Counted from the stretch's first letter, positions 1-11,742 are shown. The stretch: 64,000 bases of DNA from a virus (IMGVR_UViG_3300028048_000110:26992-90991), one strand, 5' to 3'. Numbers and translations: made by a program. The notes: generated from the sequence alone by a model not told the origin.

Positions 1-635
1 ATGGCTTGAATGCAACAAACATCATCAATGTTGTTGCTCGCACTATATATGCTGAAGCGAGAAGTGAAGGGACTGAAGGTCTTGATGCAGTCGCTAGTGT
101 GATCTGGAACAGAGCCGGTGGAAAGCCTGAGAACTTTGTGCCGGTGATCTCAAAGAAGAGCTAGTTCTCTTCTTGGAGATCATATAGAGGTGGATGGACA
201 GACAAAGACTTCATATACAAGATACCTAGCTTCTAGATATTTAGGAAAGATAGCTAGAGAAAGATCTGGGACTATTGTGTCCATCTTGCAACATTGATGT
301 ACAATGGCAACTTCAAGTCAACAATTGGCAATCGCAACATGATTGGCAACAAGAAGCTAGACAACAAAGATGCATGGGACTCTTGGGGAAAAGACTGTGA
401 TCTCAAGATTGGAAACCATGTGTTTGGGTATGAAGCCTGCCACGATGGATTTGCAAAGAAAGGCAAAGCTAAGCAGACATCTTCTAAGCCAGTTGTTGTA
501 GTTGTCCAAGGTGGAGACACTCTCTAGAAGATTGCCAAAGCCAACAAGACAACTATAGACAAGATTCTCAAGCTAAACAAAAGCATAAAAGACCCAAACA
601 AGATAAAGATTGGGCAGAAGATACAGATAGCATGA
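1..635 (+). CDS. Cell-wall hydrolase (SleB/Hydrolase_2-like) with C-terminal LysM; 5' truncated by the window
   Basis: Frame 3 open from nt 3 with 4 TAG read as Q: ARTIYAEARSEG..AVASVIWNR..K(Q)FSSW; LysM VQGGDTL(Q)KIAKANKTTIDKILKLN..I.DPNKIKIGQKIQI; TGA at 633-635. Confidence 0.85.
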
Positions 636-823
636 ACAAGCAGATTCCAGACTACATCAACTATGCTCTGAGAGACATGAAGAGTGCAGTCTAGCGTGAC
701 TCATACAACTTGACAAGAGATGACCACGATGCAATACTGCACTAGATAGACATTCTTGAGCAGTTCATCAAAGAGAGATATGCAAGCCATGGAGACTAGC
801 AGCTAGACACTCAGCAGCAGTGA
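632..823 (+). CDS. Hypothetical protein, 63 aa, 3 TAG
   Basis: ATGA overlap with the hydrolase stop; open only with TAG=Q. Confidence 0.55.
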
Positions 824-1058
824 TGAAGACTTGACATACTGGGCATGGCTCTAGAAGCAAGAGACTTCGGTCTGGGACTTACTGAGTGGTGATCCACTTG
901 CAGGAGTTGATCCAGCAGATGTCCTTTGCAAGCCAAAGCCTAAGAAGCCAAGCATAATGCCATATGTCAGCATCACCGACTTGAACAACTCAGATGATGC
1001 TCCGTATGAGAACAAGCCAAAGCCGGCAGTTGAGGTTGGCTTGAACCTCAGCTTTTGA
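789..1058 (+). CDS. Hypothetical protein, 89 aa, 2 TAG
   Basis: METSS(Q)TL..WAWL(Q)KQ..; ends at TGA just before a GTAAATA motif. Confidence 0.5.
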
Positions 1059-1059
1059 G

Positions 1060-1066
1060 GTAAATA
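1060..1066 (+). promoter_or_regulatory. GTAAATA candidate late promoter
   Basis: Upstream of ATG 1105. Confidence 0.55.
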
Positions 1067-1104
1067 TCTAAATAGAAAGCAATACAGCAAAAGGAAAAGC
1101 GAAA

Positions 1105-1959
1105 ATGGCATCATATACCTTTCTTGGAAATCCACCGCCAAATGTCCAAGAGTGGATAAAAAATCATTATGGACCAAAATTGAATGACCCACTCTGCTTC
1201 ACGGCAGTTGACGCTGGGGCTACGATAGCATTCAACAAAGTCGGCAGTCCAGATGCAGCAAGCATCGTATATGCCACCGAGAGTTCTGGATAGAGGGCAG
1301 CATTGGATTGGCAGCCATATACATTCAACACAGAGGTTATACTTGCCAATGTCGGCGACAAGGTGTACTTCAGAGCCGCTGACGAGAATGACATTTCATT
1401 CTATAAGACATCTAGAGCATATTACAGATTTGCTACTACAGCTGGAAAGAAGATAGCTGCAAGTGGAAACATCTAGACCCTGATGAAGGCGGATGGTTCA
1501 AGGCTAGACATATCTGGGAAGACCAACTGCTACAGCCGCATGTTCTCCAACTGCTCATCCTTGACGACTGCTCCAGCTCTGCCAGCTACGACACTTGCTG
1601 GCTTATGCTACGACAGCATGTTCTCCAACTGCTCATCCTTGACATCTGCTCCAGCTTTGCCGGCTACGACACTTGCCAACAGCTGCTACAACAGCATGTT
1701 CTACAACTGCTCATCCTTGACGACTGCTCCAGCTTTGCCGGCTACTACACTTGCTGACTATTGCTACGAAAGCATGTTCTTTAATTGTCCAAATATCATA
1801 GAAATTACATTTGCCAACCTTACATGCAACTATGTTGTAAAACATGCTTTGCAGTGGGGTATTGGCATTGATTCTAATTACAATAAGTTTTTGGTGGTTG
1901 CATACTGCTCTGATGGCGTTGTTGTCATAAATGACGGCAGTGGAAGCTCAGGTTCTTGA
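1105..1959 (+). CDS. BspA-like leucine-rich repeat protein, 284 aa
   Basis: Track ORFs 1105 and 1483 are in frame through 2 TAG; three 26-aa repeats MFSNCSSLTTAPALPATTLAxxCYxx. Confidence 0.75.
1540..1773 (+). repeat. Three in-frame 78-bp coding repeats
   Basis: Units begin at ATG 1540, 1618 and 1696; partial fourth unit at 1774. Confidence 0.9.
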
Positions 1960-1964
1960 TTGAC

Positions 1965-2687
1965 ATGAATATTGAGATTGACATAACTAGGGAATGCAAC
2001 TTTGCTTGTCCATCATGCAACAGAATGTGCAACATCATGCCAAAAAATCCAGGATCAGTGATGGACATGAATGACATAGTGTAGATATTCAAGCAACTGA
2101 AGCAGCATGATGTCTACAATGTAGCGATAATGGGTGGAGAGCCAACGCTCAATCCATATGTGTTTTCGATATGCGCTTATGCATGCAAGAACGCAAAACA
2201 TGTAGAGATAGTCTCAAATGGCAGCAATCCAAGCAAATTACATCTGCTAAAGTCTATTCCAAAGCTTCACTTCAAGTTCAATGATGGTAAAGTTGGCGCA
2301 AAAGAATCTAAGATAAAGAAGCATATCAACATATATGATGAGAGAAACTTCACAGTGAAAGACGACTACTCAGACTGCAAAATTTTGACAGAGTATGGAG
2401 TCAATGTATACAAGCACAATGGCATAGTATACTTTGCAAAATGTTCGTGTATATCTTATATTTCAAGGCTGCTTGGACTTGAAGACAAGTATGCAAAGAC
2501 TGATCTTAATGCTGCATTAAGCATAGAAAATGCTGACCTCTTCAAAGACATATGCCAGCATTGTGCACTGTATCACAAAGACTAGAAAAATTATCTTGCA
2601 GGAAAATTCAAAGACCACTCAATTGTCTCACCTGTATTCTAGAGTGGTTTTCAAACAATAAAAGATTGTTACTATGATTATAGATAA
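1965..2687 (+). CDS. Radical SAM protein, 240 aa
   Basis: EIDITRECNFACPSC (CxxxCxxC) and IMGGEPTLNP; 3 TAG; ends at TAA. Confidence 0.85.
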
Positions 2688-2713
2688 TACTTTAATGCAA
2701 ACTAAAGAAAACT

Positions 2714-3562
2714 ATGATTATTGCAAAAAACAGTGAATTTATGCAAAAGTTTTAGTCCAATCTAATTCAAGCAACTCGAAAAATAGACATTTAGGACATT
2801 ATGGCAAATTCCTACATGATTTGCGATGAAGAACACCACAGAGACAGAATACTACTAGAAAAGGCGTTGTTCAAGTTCCACAATATTCCATTTCCCAATA
2901 TCTTCAAAGGAGAAACTGACAAGGGCGAATGCAAAAGTCCAACCATAAATTCTCACCTAAAACTTGCATAGTTTGCCAAATAGAACAAATTGCCGTTTTT
3001 CTTGCAATTTGAAGACGACGCCTATCCATGTGATGGCATAATAGAAAAACTAAAGGATATTTTTGAACACACACCGGTTGACGCAAATTGGATTCAACTT
3101 GGCTATACAGAAAAACGAATGAGGGCATTGGATTGTCCCTTGCAGCGAATAACTCAGGACAATGTTCCTGGAAATCATGCCACATTGGTGTTTGAAAGCG
3201 CATATGATGACATAATCAAGCTATTGAAACAAGGATATCATTCTGATGGAATGGCATATCTTCTTAATGGTGGATATGTCGTGAAAAATCCATTGTTTAT
3301 ACAATATAATTTTGATCCCACCGTATGGAAAAACAAATCCTATTGTACGAACTAGTTTTCTTCCGAGGACAAGTAGTATGTGGTTGAAAATTACACTCCA
3401 GTTGAGATAATATTGAATGACGAATCCTCAAGAGAATTTATACCAGCAGATTAGATATCCAAATTTCGCAAATGGGAGAACAAGAAATTTTTGATTTCCT
3501 GGATAAAGCAAAAGTTGTCCAATAAGTAGAATGTACGGTCAATTTTTAATGCAAGCTTATAA
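2714..3562 (+). CDS. Glycosyltransferase family 25-like protein, 282 aa
   Basis: SHLKLA(Q)FAK(Q)NKLPFFLQFEDDA resembles the GT25 SH..A....FEDD motif; AT-rich; several TAG. Confidence 0.6.
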
Positions 3563-3696
3563 GCATTAAATCTTTAAGTTTTCTTTACAGCATTTAAGGA
3601 TACTATAAATGACAATAGCTGTTCTTCAAGTGATGGTGGAAGTAATTGATATAAAAACAAATTATAAAGTGATAAAAAGACTACAAAGTTTGTTTT

Positions 3697-4377
3697 TCAT
3701 ACCAGTTTCCAACTACCTATTCTAAAATGATCTATGTAGTATTCTGGCCATGACTTGTGCATTAAGCTTTCGCCAAATTGCAATGTTCCTTGCTAGAACT
3801 TTTCCATGATATGTTGTTTGATGCTTTTGAATTTGTTTACTAATTCCTCAGGATATTTGATTCTATGAACTTCGTTGCTGAACACCTGTCCTTTGGCATA
3901 TTCTTGTCTGTATCCCAGCAATCTACCATAATCTACGCAACCAGATTTGAATCCCAAGAAAAAATAATCGCAATGTCTTTTGAAAAAATTCACCGTAAAT
4001 CCATTTTCATATGAGAGCAAGTGGTCGTCAAATGGCTTCACAGGGAATGTGTCCAAGTCAAGGTATATCCCACCATACTTGTTCAACAAATAGAACCTAA
4101 ACGCATCGCTTATGGCAGTTATATAACCAACTTTACCAAGCAAATGTTCTTTTGCCCAAGGTCTAACGACCATATGCTTGTATAAATTGTAGTTTTCACT
4201 ATGTACAAAAGACAAGCAATCCTTCAAGTCCTGGTTCTGTATGTTCTCCATGTTTGGCTCGTGGACAAGCATTATCTCGAAGTCAGGATTGACCTTCTTG
4301 AAGGTATCCATGCAGAACTTCCCATAGTCAGGAATCTCGCTCCCCATCCAAATGAATATGAGTCTCTTTGGTATCAT
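3697..4377 (-). CDS. DXD glycosyltransferase (GT32/OCH1-like), 226 aa
   Basis: MIPKRLIFIWMG..SDAFRFYLLNKYGGIYLDLD; read-through of TAG at 3793 reaches the terminal HFRIGSW motif and TGA. Confidence 0.8.
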
Positions 4378-5258
4378 GCTCTCTCAAACCTTGATTTTCC
4401 ATGATATGTTTTTGTCAGAACTTCTTGAAGCTGGTTATAGATATTTTGTTTTTTGCAGCCAACCTTTGAGTCGTTTATGCAGACTATCTTTGCCTTGCTG
4501 TTTATGACTACACTCCCTATGTTGGCATTACTGGTTTTGACATAGCAAAGGTTCATTTTTCCCAGAACTGCTCTCTTACTCATCAATGTGTAGTCCGGAA
4601 ACAAGTACTATGTGAAATTCCATGGTTCTCGGAACTTGTTACATTTCTTGTGTATCTCGTCACCAGCCTTTTCATGCACCTCTTCGCAACAACTCTTTAG
4701 CATTGGCGACATGGAGTGCTTTATGTAGAAGTAGTGTATGCCATCGTCGTTGTACCCCGTCAACCTTGCCGCAAGTCTATATGAGTTCTTGCACTGAAGT
4801 CTGAATGACCTTCTTGCCTCGCCCCTATGCACCAATTCATATATCGGCAATCCATCTTCAGTAAAGAAGTCCCCAACAACCATGTCGTTCATTGGCATCA
4901 TGTCGTCGTTGCTGTATATGAAGTGCTCTGCAAGTCCGGGTATCTTGCACAAGTACATCTCTATCGTGGTGCTGTTGAACGTCGGCAGCAAGTCCTCCGG
5001 GATTATGTCTTTGTGGAGGACGACATGCACCTTGCTTTGGTCAAGCCACTCCGGCACTTGCTCGATGTTCGACACGACCAGGTGGACTGTCCGAATGAAC
5101 GGCATGTTCTTCTCGACGCCTCGGAACCAGTACTTGAATATGTCCCAGCTCCTGTATCTTTGCGGGGAAAGCTCGACCTTGTACTACGACACCGCCTGGC
5201 GCCAGACCGGGTCCCTGTCGTCTACATATGTCACAACAAGGTCAATTGGAAACTGCAT
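4374..5258 (-). CDS. Stealth-family sugar-1-phosphate transferase, 294 aa
   Basis: PIDLVVTYVD (CR1); RGVEKNMPFIRTVHLVVS..HKDIIP..LPTFNSTTIE..IPGLAEHFIYSNDDM (CR2); 2 TAG; ATGA overlap with the next gene. Confidence 0.85.
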
Positions 5259-5431
5259 CAAGCATTTTCTTTTTCTTCGACTTCCTGTTGTGGCAAATTC
5301 TATTCTTGCTCTGCCTTCAGCTTCGCCATCTGCTCCTCATGCATCTTCTTCATCTTCTTGATGTCGCTTTTCTCATAGTTTAGATGGACAATCTTCTGAC
5401 CATTGTCGATTAGCTCTTGTGTTATCTTCAT
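5258..5431 (-). CDS. Small coiled-coil hypothetical protein, 57 aa
   Basis: MKITQELIDNGQKIVHL..; 1 TAG; TGATG overlap with the Stealth start. Confidence 0.5.
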
Positions 5432-5500
5432 TGCTGCATTCCTCTGATTTAGTCATTGATGCTATTATTGAACAATAACTTCAACTAGATATATTGTATG

Positions 5501-5507
5501 TATTTAC
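5501..5507 (-). promoter_or_regulatory. GTAAATA candidate late promoter
   Basis: Upstream of ATG 5431 on the minus strand. Confidence 0.45.
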
Positions 5508-5631
5508 TTTGACAAGCATATGCATGAAGCAAAGCGATTTGAAGAACAGCAGTGAAAAATGATGCGCTGCAGCTAAAATGGGATCGCTAAAGCAGTCCCA
5601 TTTTCCTGTTTGGACTTGAACTAGACTTGCA

Positions 5632-6408
5632 TCAAAGCAAGATCTCACCTCTGAACTCTTCATTCAGCTTCTTCAGTGGTCCAATGAGTACCCCGAGTGG
5701 TGTATATCTGAACATCTTCTCGAGAGCATCTACATCCTTTGGAAAGCACTTTCCGCCATATCCAAGCTTGCCATCTGGTCCAGGCACTTGAGTGTGGACA
5801 TCATTTATGTAGGTTGAGCCAAGCACTCCTTCACGCACTTTGCTGTAGTCAAGTCCTCTCTTCTGGCAGAGGTCATAGATGCAGTTGAAGTAAGTCACCT
5901 TCAAAGCACCAAACACGTTGTGTGCATACTTCACCATCTCAGCTTCTTCAGAGCTCATGATGATGTGCTTCTTTCCAGGGAAGATCTTCTTGAGAAGCTC
6001 AACATGCTCAGGTGCTCCAGTGAACACCATTGGCTGCCACTTGAAGTCTTCAAGGTAAGTGCGCTCAGTCAAGAACTCTGGCATGTGGTAGACAACTTTG
6101 CCGGTCTTCTTTGACAGCATTGCTGATGTCCCAGGAAGTATTGTTGTGCGAATCCAGATTGGTACATTGTCTGGGCATTTTGCGACTAAGCTCTCAAGAA
6201 GCTGAGTGTTCTGTGTTCCATCTGCTTCTGTTGGCAGGTGGATCTAGATGAAGTAAGCATCACAGTTGCTTATGCCATCATTTATCCCTTTTGGCGGGTC
6301 ACTAACTCGTGTCTCCACATCTAGGTTGCTCTGCTTGAGCCACTCATTCAAAGCTGTGCCAATGAAGCCACAGCCAATGATTCCGACTTTGATTTTGTTG
6401 ACTGTCAT
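5632..6408 (-). CDS. UDP-glucose/GDP-mannose dehydrogenase family protein, 258 aa
   Basis: VGIIGCGFIG Rossmann motif, PEFL, K.AHN.F.ALKVTYFN, GYGGKCFPKD; 1 TAG. Confidence 0.85.
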
Positions 6409-7160
6409 AAAATCTACTTGATGTGTTTTTGATTGAATAGAAAATTCTCTTCTGTAAACAATGAAATGTAGTGCTATGGCTTGAAGTCAATGATTGCCTT
6501 CATGTAGTTTTTGCTTTTTCCTGTCCTATTGTCAACAACTAGAAGATGTTTGCAGAAGCACGCTAGTATTGGAAGCACTGGTATTGCCATAGAGTCACAG
6601 TTGACAGCAATTCTCTATATAGGAGCAATTCCAAGATTTTCAATGAAACCTGACTAATGGCTTAGTTTGAACAGTGAGTGGTAGCAAGAGATTGACATGT
6701 ATGGGCAGTTGTTTACGCTACGGAGAACTTCATGGTCTCCAACTTCTTCTTTGCTGCTATCAAACATCTTTATCTTGAACTTTGCATTTGGCAGATTGTG
6801 GTAAGAGAAGTCACAAGTGTTCCAGACATATGGGATCTTGACAAATTGATTTTTATTGAAGTTGATGTGCAATGCATTCATCAATATTGGAATGAATTTC
6901 TCCCACACGCATCTTGTAGTCCAGTGGTGGACATTGTTCTTGTAGGCAATGTATTTGTCACTGTCATTCTCAATGATGACTTTCTAAAAGTGCAGTGCGT
7001 GTGGAAGATATGCTGGCTGCTAGAGAACTCTCTCAAATGGCATTCCAGCAATCTTGTTCTTTCTATACGTGGCAAAGTGCCACATCTAGCATTTGTCAGC
7101 ATGCAGACTGCCAAGAAACTAGCTGTATCTATTGACTAGGTTGCTTAGAGAATCACTCAT
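6405..7160 (-). CDS. Hypothetical protein, 251 aa
   Basis: Open only with TAG=Q; ATGA overlaps at both ends. Confidence 0.7.
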
Positions 7161-9607
7161 ATGTTGTCAAAACCTAACTTCTAAATGACGACATCATTTG
7201 TGTAGAAGTTCTAGCCATTCTTTGACAGTGCGTTTTTGTCACTTGACTCTGCATATGGGCATAGCTTAGACTTGTGTGGAACAGAAACAACGTCTATGCC
7301 AAGCATCAGCTCTTTCTTCTTTAAGAACACATCATCTGCCAAAATAGAGTCATTTATCATTGCTATGTCATCATTAGTTATGTTGAGTATGTTTGGAGGG
7401 TAAAGCACTCCTCCTACTCCAGTTGCAAACAAGTACTTTGATGGATTTTTCTCATTTGTATAGTCAAACTTCCAATATTTGTATTGGCATATTTTATTGC
7501 CACTATAAACCATCAAGTGCGTTCTAAGCGCTGACACACAGTTTGGAAACTTTAGATAGCTTACATACAAAGACTAAATGGCATTGTCACTGTATTTGAC
7601 ATCATCATCTATTGTTATTATTGGTAGATCTCTATATTTCTACATGACAAAGAAGTACTTGTTGTGCGGCCTAAGCTTATTGTCTCCTTGTATTATTTCA
7701 ACATCATACTTTGACATAGTGCTCTTTTGAGATTGGCTTAGTCTTTTGATGTCACTTTTGTCTAGTGTTATGCATATCTTGAAGTCAATGCTTGTCTTTT
7801 GGTCAACAAGCTGCTTGCATGTGCGTTCTATAGTTGACAGCCTTGAGCCAAATGTTGTGAATGCTACTATGCACTAGTATGACTTGTTTTTTGCCCAACT
7901 TCCAGCATTCAGATGGTCAACATATGCTTTGAAGTCTATCTTCTTGTACTTGGCTCTCTTTGACATGATGTCATCATAGAATGATGACCCTGTGTCATAG
8001 ATTCTGTTGCCATAATGGTTTTCTCCAATGCGCCGTGAGTCAAAGTACTTTATGCCTAGCTTGTTTATCAAGCTGACATTGAAGAACTGTATAAATGGGA
8101 CAAATCTTGGGACGTACGGCATCTTCCTAAAGTCAATTGGCCTAGTCTAGATGTCTGCTGCTGTCACTGTATTGTCATCAATGAAGTCAATGTCTTTGTG
8201 CAGCACCGTGTCTGAGTCAAACAATACCATGTACTTTGTCTTGCAGATGTTCAGCAGATATTGGATTGAGTAGCAGTGCTTGGCAGATGCATGGTTGTTG
8301 TGAGACCTCGTGTTGAAGAAAGACACAATCATCTTGTTGAAGTCAATGAATCTACCATGGGTGTTGTCTATAACCTCAATTCTTGACTTGTCAATGCTAG
8401 AGTCTAGCTAGAATGGAATCTTGTCACTGTTGTCAAACACTGTTATCTTGTACTCAAATGCCTTTATGTTCTTCACTATGCTCTTTATGCAGTTGTTGGT
8501 GAGGTCATTTGTGTTGAAGTTGCAGATTGCAATTGTCACATATGATGAGTCTAGATATTTTTTCTATGCGTGGTCTGACAGCCATGAGAAGAATTGGTCA
8601 TTGTCATCTAGAATGTTGGGGTTCTTGTCTAGAACGCCATATTGAAAGTTGTTTTTCCAACAAGCATAGTTGAAGCTCAATTGGTCTCTATGGCTTCCAT
8701 TGACAACACATGACAGCCAGTCTTCACACACTTTTCTGCACGCTTCATCATTATGGCGCCTCAGTAAGATATTTGTCTCAGCTAGCCCATTCTTTTTTGG
8801 GTACTTGTTTGCCAACAGCATCTTGACGTGCTTGTCTACAATACTCTTGCTGTCTTTGTGTATGTCAAGCACTTTGATGGCTTCATCATATATGCAGCAT
8901 CTGTTTGGGTGCTTTCTAACATACAGTGGTGTCTTATCTAAGTCATACTTCTATATGAAGAGATTCAAATCACTCTTTATCTAGATATTGCCATCAACCC
9001 AGATTGAGATGTCATACTCTTTCAAGTATCTATGAGGGCAGATCTTTATGCATCTTTGTTTTTTAACATTTGATAGATGGTCTAGTTCTTGTGGAAGCTT
9101 TATTATTTTCCAAATGCAGGACTCTTTATATAAGTCTGGCTTGTCTGTAAAGCAGACATAGTCAATGCCGTCACTTTTGACTAATGGCTGCTTTAGTGAG
9201 TCATATCTACCTGTTATGCATGTATAGCAGACAATCTTCTACTTATATGACTGCACAGTGTCTTGCTCTTCTTTTCTAGTGTAGTCTCCACAGTGCACTT
9301 TAGCATCATTAAGACTGTTTTTTAGCACCACTTTGTTGCCTTCTCTAATACTAGCCACATCTTTGACATCTATTGCCTTTTCAACTTTTGGAGCATCCTT
9401 CTCATCTTTTACTACATATATCTAGTCTTTATGGCCAAGTGCTGATGCAAACCCTCTTACATAGTCTATTAGCACTTTCTATTTCTCATCTAAGTTTTTG
9501 TCAATGATCACTATATTGACATCTTTATTGTCTTGCTTAAACTAAGACAGCATAAGATCTTTTATACTGTCATCAATTTTCTATACTATTATATTCATTG
9601 TTGCCAT
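7157..9607 (-). CDS. Multi-domain glycosyltransferase (DUF616-like, GT2-like and a third GT-A-like domain), 816 aa
   Basis: Track ORFs 8564, 8147, 7874 and 7211 share one frame joined by TAG; IVCYTCITGRYD..WVDGN..HRDQLSF; MVLFDSD; IITIDDD..ATGVGGVLYPP. Confidence 0.75.
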
Positions 9608-9610
9608 AGG

Positions 9611-10288
9611 TCATCTGCTGTGCTGATGTATCTTAAATGTAGAATTACTATTTATCTTGAAGTCTTTGTTCAAGCATCCTGGCAAGAAATGCATCTTCCA
9701 ACATGCATAGTTGAATGAAAGCTAGTCACGGTGAGAGTACTTCAGCAGCTCACTTGCCCAAAGGTTGTCAAGCAGTTGGCACTTCACATCGTTGTGCTTA
9801 CGTAGCAAGACACAGCTCTCAACCATCCCAATGTTCTTTGGATAGCCTTCTCTTCTATATGCATCAATCTGCCTATTGATGCACTACTTTGTGTCTTTAT
9901 GCAAGCGAATGCATGCTTTTGCCTCTTCATATATGCACTTTCGGCACGGATGCGCTCTTACATACAATGGGCACTTGTCTAAGTCGTACTGATTGACAAA
10001 ATCTATCAAGTCTCTCTATATTTCAAGATTTCCATCTACCCAAATTGAGATGTCATACTCTTTCAAGTACCTATGTGGGCATATCTTTATGACACGCTGC
10101 TTTTTCACATTGCTGAGATGTTTGAGCTCTTCAGGAATTGGCCTAAGCTTCCATGCTCCACCTTTCAACTTCATGTTGTCCGTGAAGCAGATGTAGTCAA
10201 TGCCTTTACTGACAACTTTTGGCTACTTCAAAGAGTCATAGCCTCCTGTCACACATGTATAGCAAACTATAGACTTACTATTCTACAT
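9611..10288 (-). CDS. DUF616-like (TOD1/MUCI70) glycosyltransferase, 225 aa
   Basis: Close paralog of the DUF616-like domain in 7157..9607; codon 2 is TAG. Confidence 0.75.
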
Positions 10289-10303
10289 GTGTATATTTTA
10301 CAT

Positions 10304-10978
10304 ATGGAGAAGACATTTGACACCGCATTTGACACAGCAAGCTCAGGCTAGCCATACATGGTCTACCCAAAAGTGTTCTCAGACAACCGTGGGTCATTTT
10401 CAGAAGTGCTTGTGGAAGAAGACATAGACAATATAAGGCAGATAAACAGAAGTGAGTCGTGCCAATGGACAATACGAGGCTGCCATGCACAGCGAGCGCC
10501 TCACTGCTAGTCAAAGCTTGTTGAAGCTTTGACTATTCCAATATATGACATCATAACAGATGCACGTCCAGACTCAAAGACATTTGGCTTGACTGAAGCA
10601 TACTATCTAGATCCAAGCAAGTAGAACAAGCTGTTTGTCCCACATGGGTTCTTGCATGCATTTGCTGTGCCAGAGTTCAAAGAAAGTGCTAGTCAACAAG
10701 CAATGTTCATGTACTACTGCGATGACATCTACAGCAAAGCTGATGAAGTAGGAGTCAACCCTATGAGCATCTTTCCAAGACTTCTAGAGACATGGGAGAA
10801 GAATGTCAATGAGAACAGCATTCTATGGGACTTAGTCTAGATGCTTAAGACTCCAGACAAGCTAGTGCTGTCTAAGAAAGACACTGAAGCACGAAGCTAC
10901 TAGTCATTCATGGAAGAAGTCTCAAAAGAGTACTAGAACAGCAAAAGCCTTTGGTACTGCAAAAGCATCAAGACCTAA
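10304..10978 (+). CDS. rmlC: dTDP-4-dehydrorhamnose 3,5-epimerase family protein, 224 aa
   Basis: PKVFSDNRGSF..IRGCHAQ..C(Q)SKLV..D.RPDSKTFG..LFVPHGFLHAF; ends at TAA. Confidence 0.85.
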
Positions 10979-11189
10979 GCAACTGTCCATTTGACTTGTA
11001 TAGATAGCTCTTGCCATTGCTGCAAACTATTGCAATGACTGTGTCTTTTCCTGCTCCACTGACTTGTGCATTGACAACGTCAGCTTTCATGTTGAATCTT
11101 CTAAGAAGCTGCTTGTTGTAGTTGTACAAGTCAACTTTCTTTCCAGAGAAAGTTGCATAGTAGCAGTTGTATTTGTCCATGTTGTTCAT
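10968..11189 (-). CDS. Hypothetical protein, 73 aa
   Basis: Track ORF with typical codon usage; GTAAATA just upstream. Confidence 0.55.
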   Translation of the reverse strand: MNNMDKYNCYYATFSGKKVDLYNYNKQLLRRFNMKADVVNAQVSGAGKDTVIAIVCSNGKSYLYKSNGQLLRS

Positions 11190-11196
11190 CGATTGA

Positions 11197-11203
11197 TATT
11201 TAC
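11197..11203 (-). promoter_or_regulatory. GTAAATA candidate late promoter
   Basis: GAGGTAAATA immediately upstream of ATG 11189. Confidence 0.5.
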
Positions 11204-11216
11204 CTCAATATCATCG

Positions 11217-11708
11217 TCATGACTGTAGATGGCCAGTGCTATCAAGATTCCAGTCTTGCCATCTGCCAACATATGTTCTATACTCGTGTGACACATCTTT
11301 GCACACAACAACATCAAATGAGCTGTCTTCTTTTACAAGTATGCTTATGCTGGCGAACTTGTCAGTCTTCATTGCCAAGCACTCATACATATAGCATCTT
11401 GCCATTGTCACAAATGCATCAACTATGACTTCTTGGCCTTGAGTAGGTAGATTTCTGCAGAACTGAGTGTCTAGAATAGTGTCACTCAATGCATGCCACC
11501 CTTTCTCAAGCATGAATACGCTCTTTCTCTTGTTGTCTTTGCACTCAACGTATGACTTGTCAATGTGCATCTCTCTAGACATTGCATCTATGAAGTCTCT
11601 AATGCTAGCTTCTTCTTCTTCAGTGAAGCAGTCTTCTAAGAACTCAACATCAAACTTCACGCCTAGAAGCACATATTCTAGATCTATAGAGCTTTTTGTG
11701 TATGCCAT
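11217..11708 (-). CDS. Hypothetical protein, about 163 aa
   Basis: Track ORF; start moved to ATG 11708 (MAYTKSS). Confidence 0.6.
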   Translation of the reverse strand: MAYTKSSIDLEYVLLGVKFDVEFLEDCFTEEEEASIRDFIDAMSREMHIDKSYVECKDNKRKSVFMLEKGWHALSDTILDTQFCRNLPTQGQEVIVDAFVTMARCYMYECLAMKTDKFASISILVKEDSSFDVVVCKDVSHEYRTYVGRWQDWNLDSTGHLQS

Positions 11709-11742
11709 TGTCAATAATGTACACTCTGACGTAGAGCTAGAG

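Noticed and set aside
1540-1773. Diversity-generating retroelement template/variable repeats (also considered for 16604-16800)
   Set aside because: Repeats are tandem within one ORF, I could not show adenine-specific differences, and no reverse transcriptase is in the window.
5481-5663. Short minus-strand ORFs between the dehydrogenase gene and 5431
   Set aside because: No motif support, and the interval holds a promoter-like motif; left uncalled.
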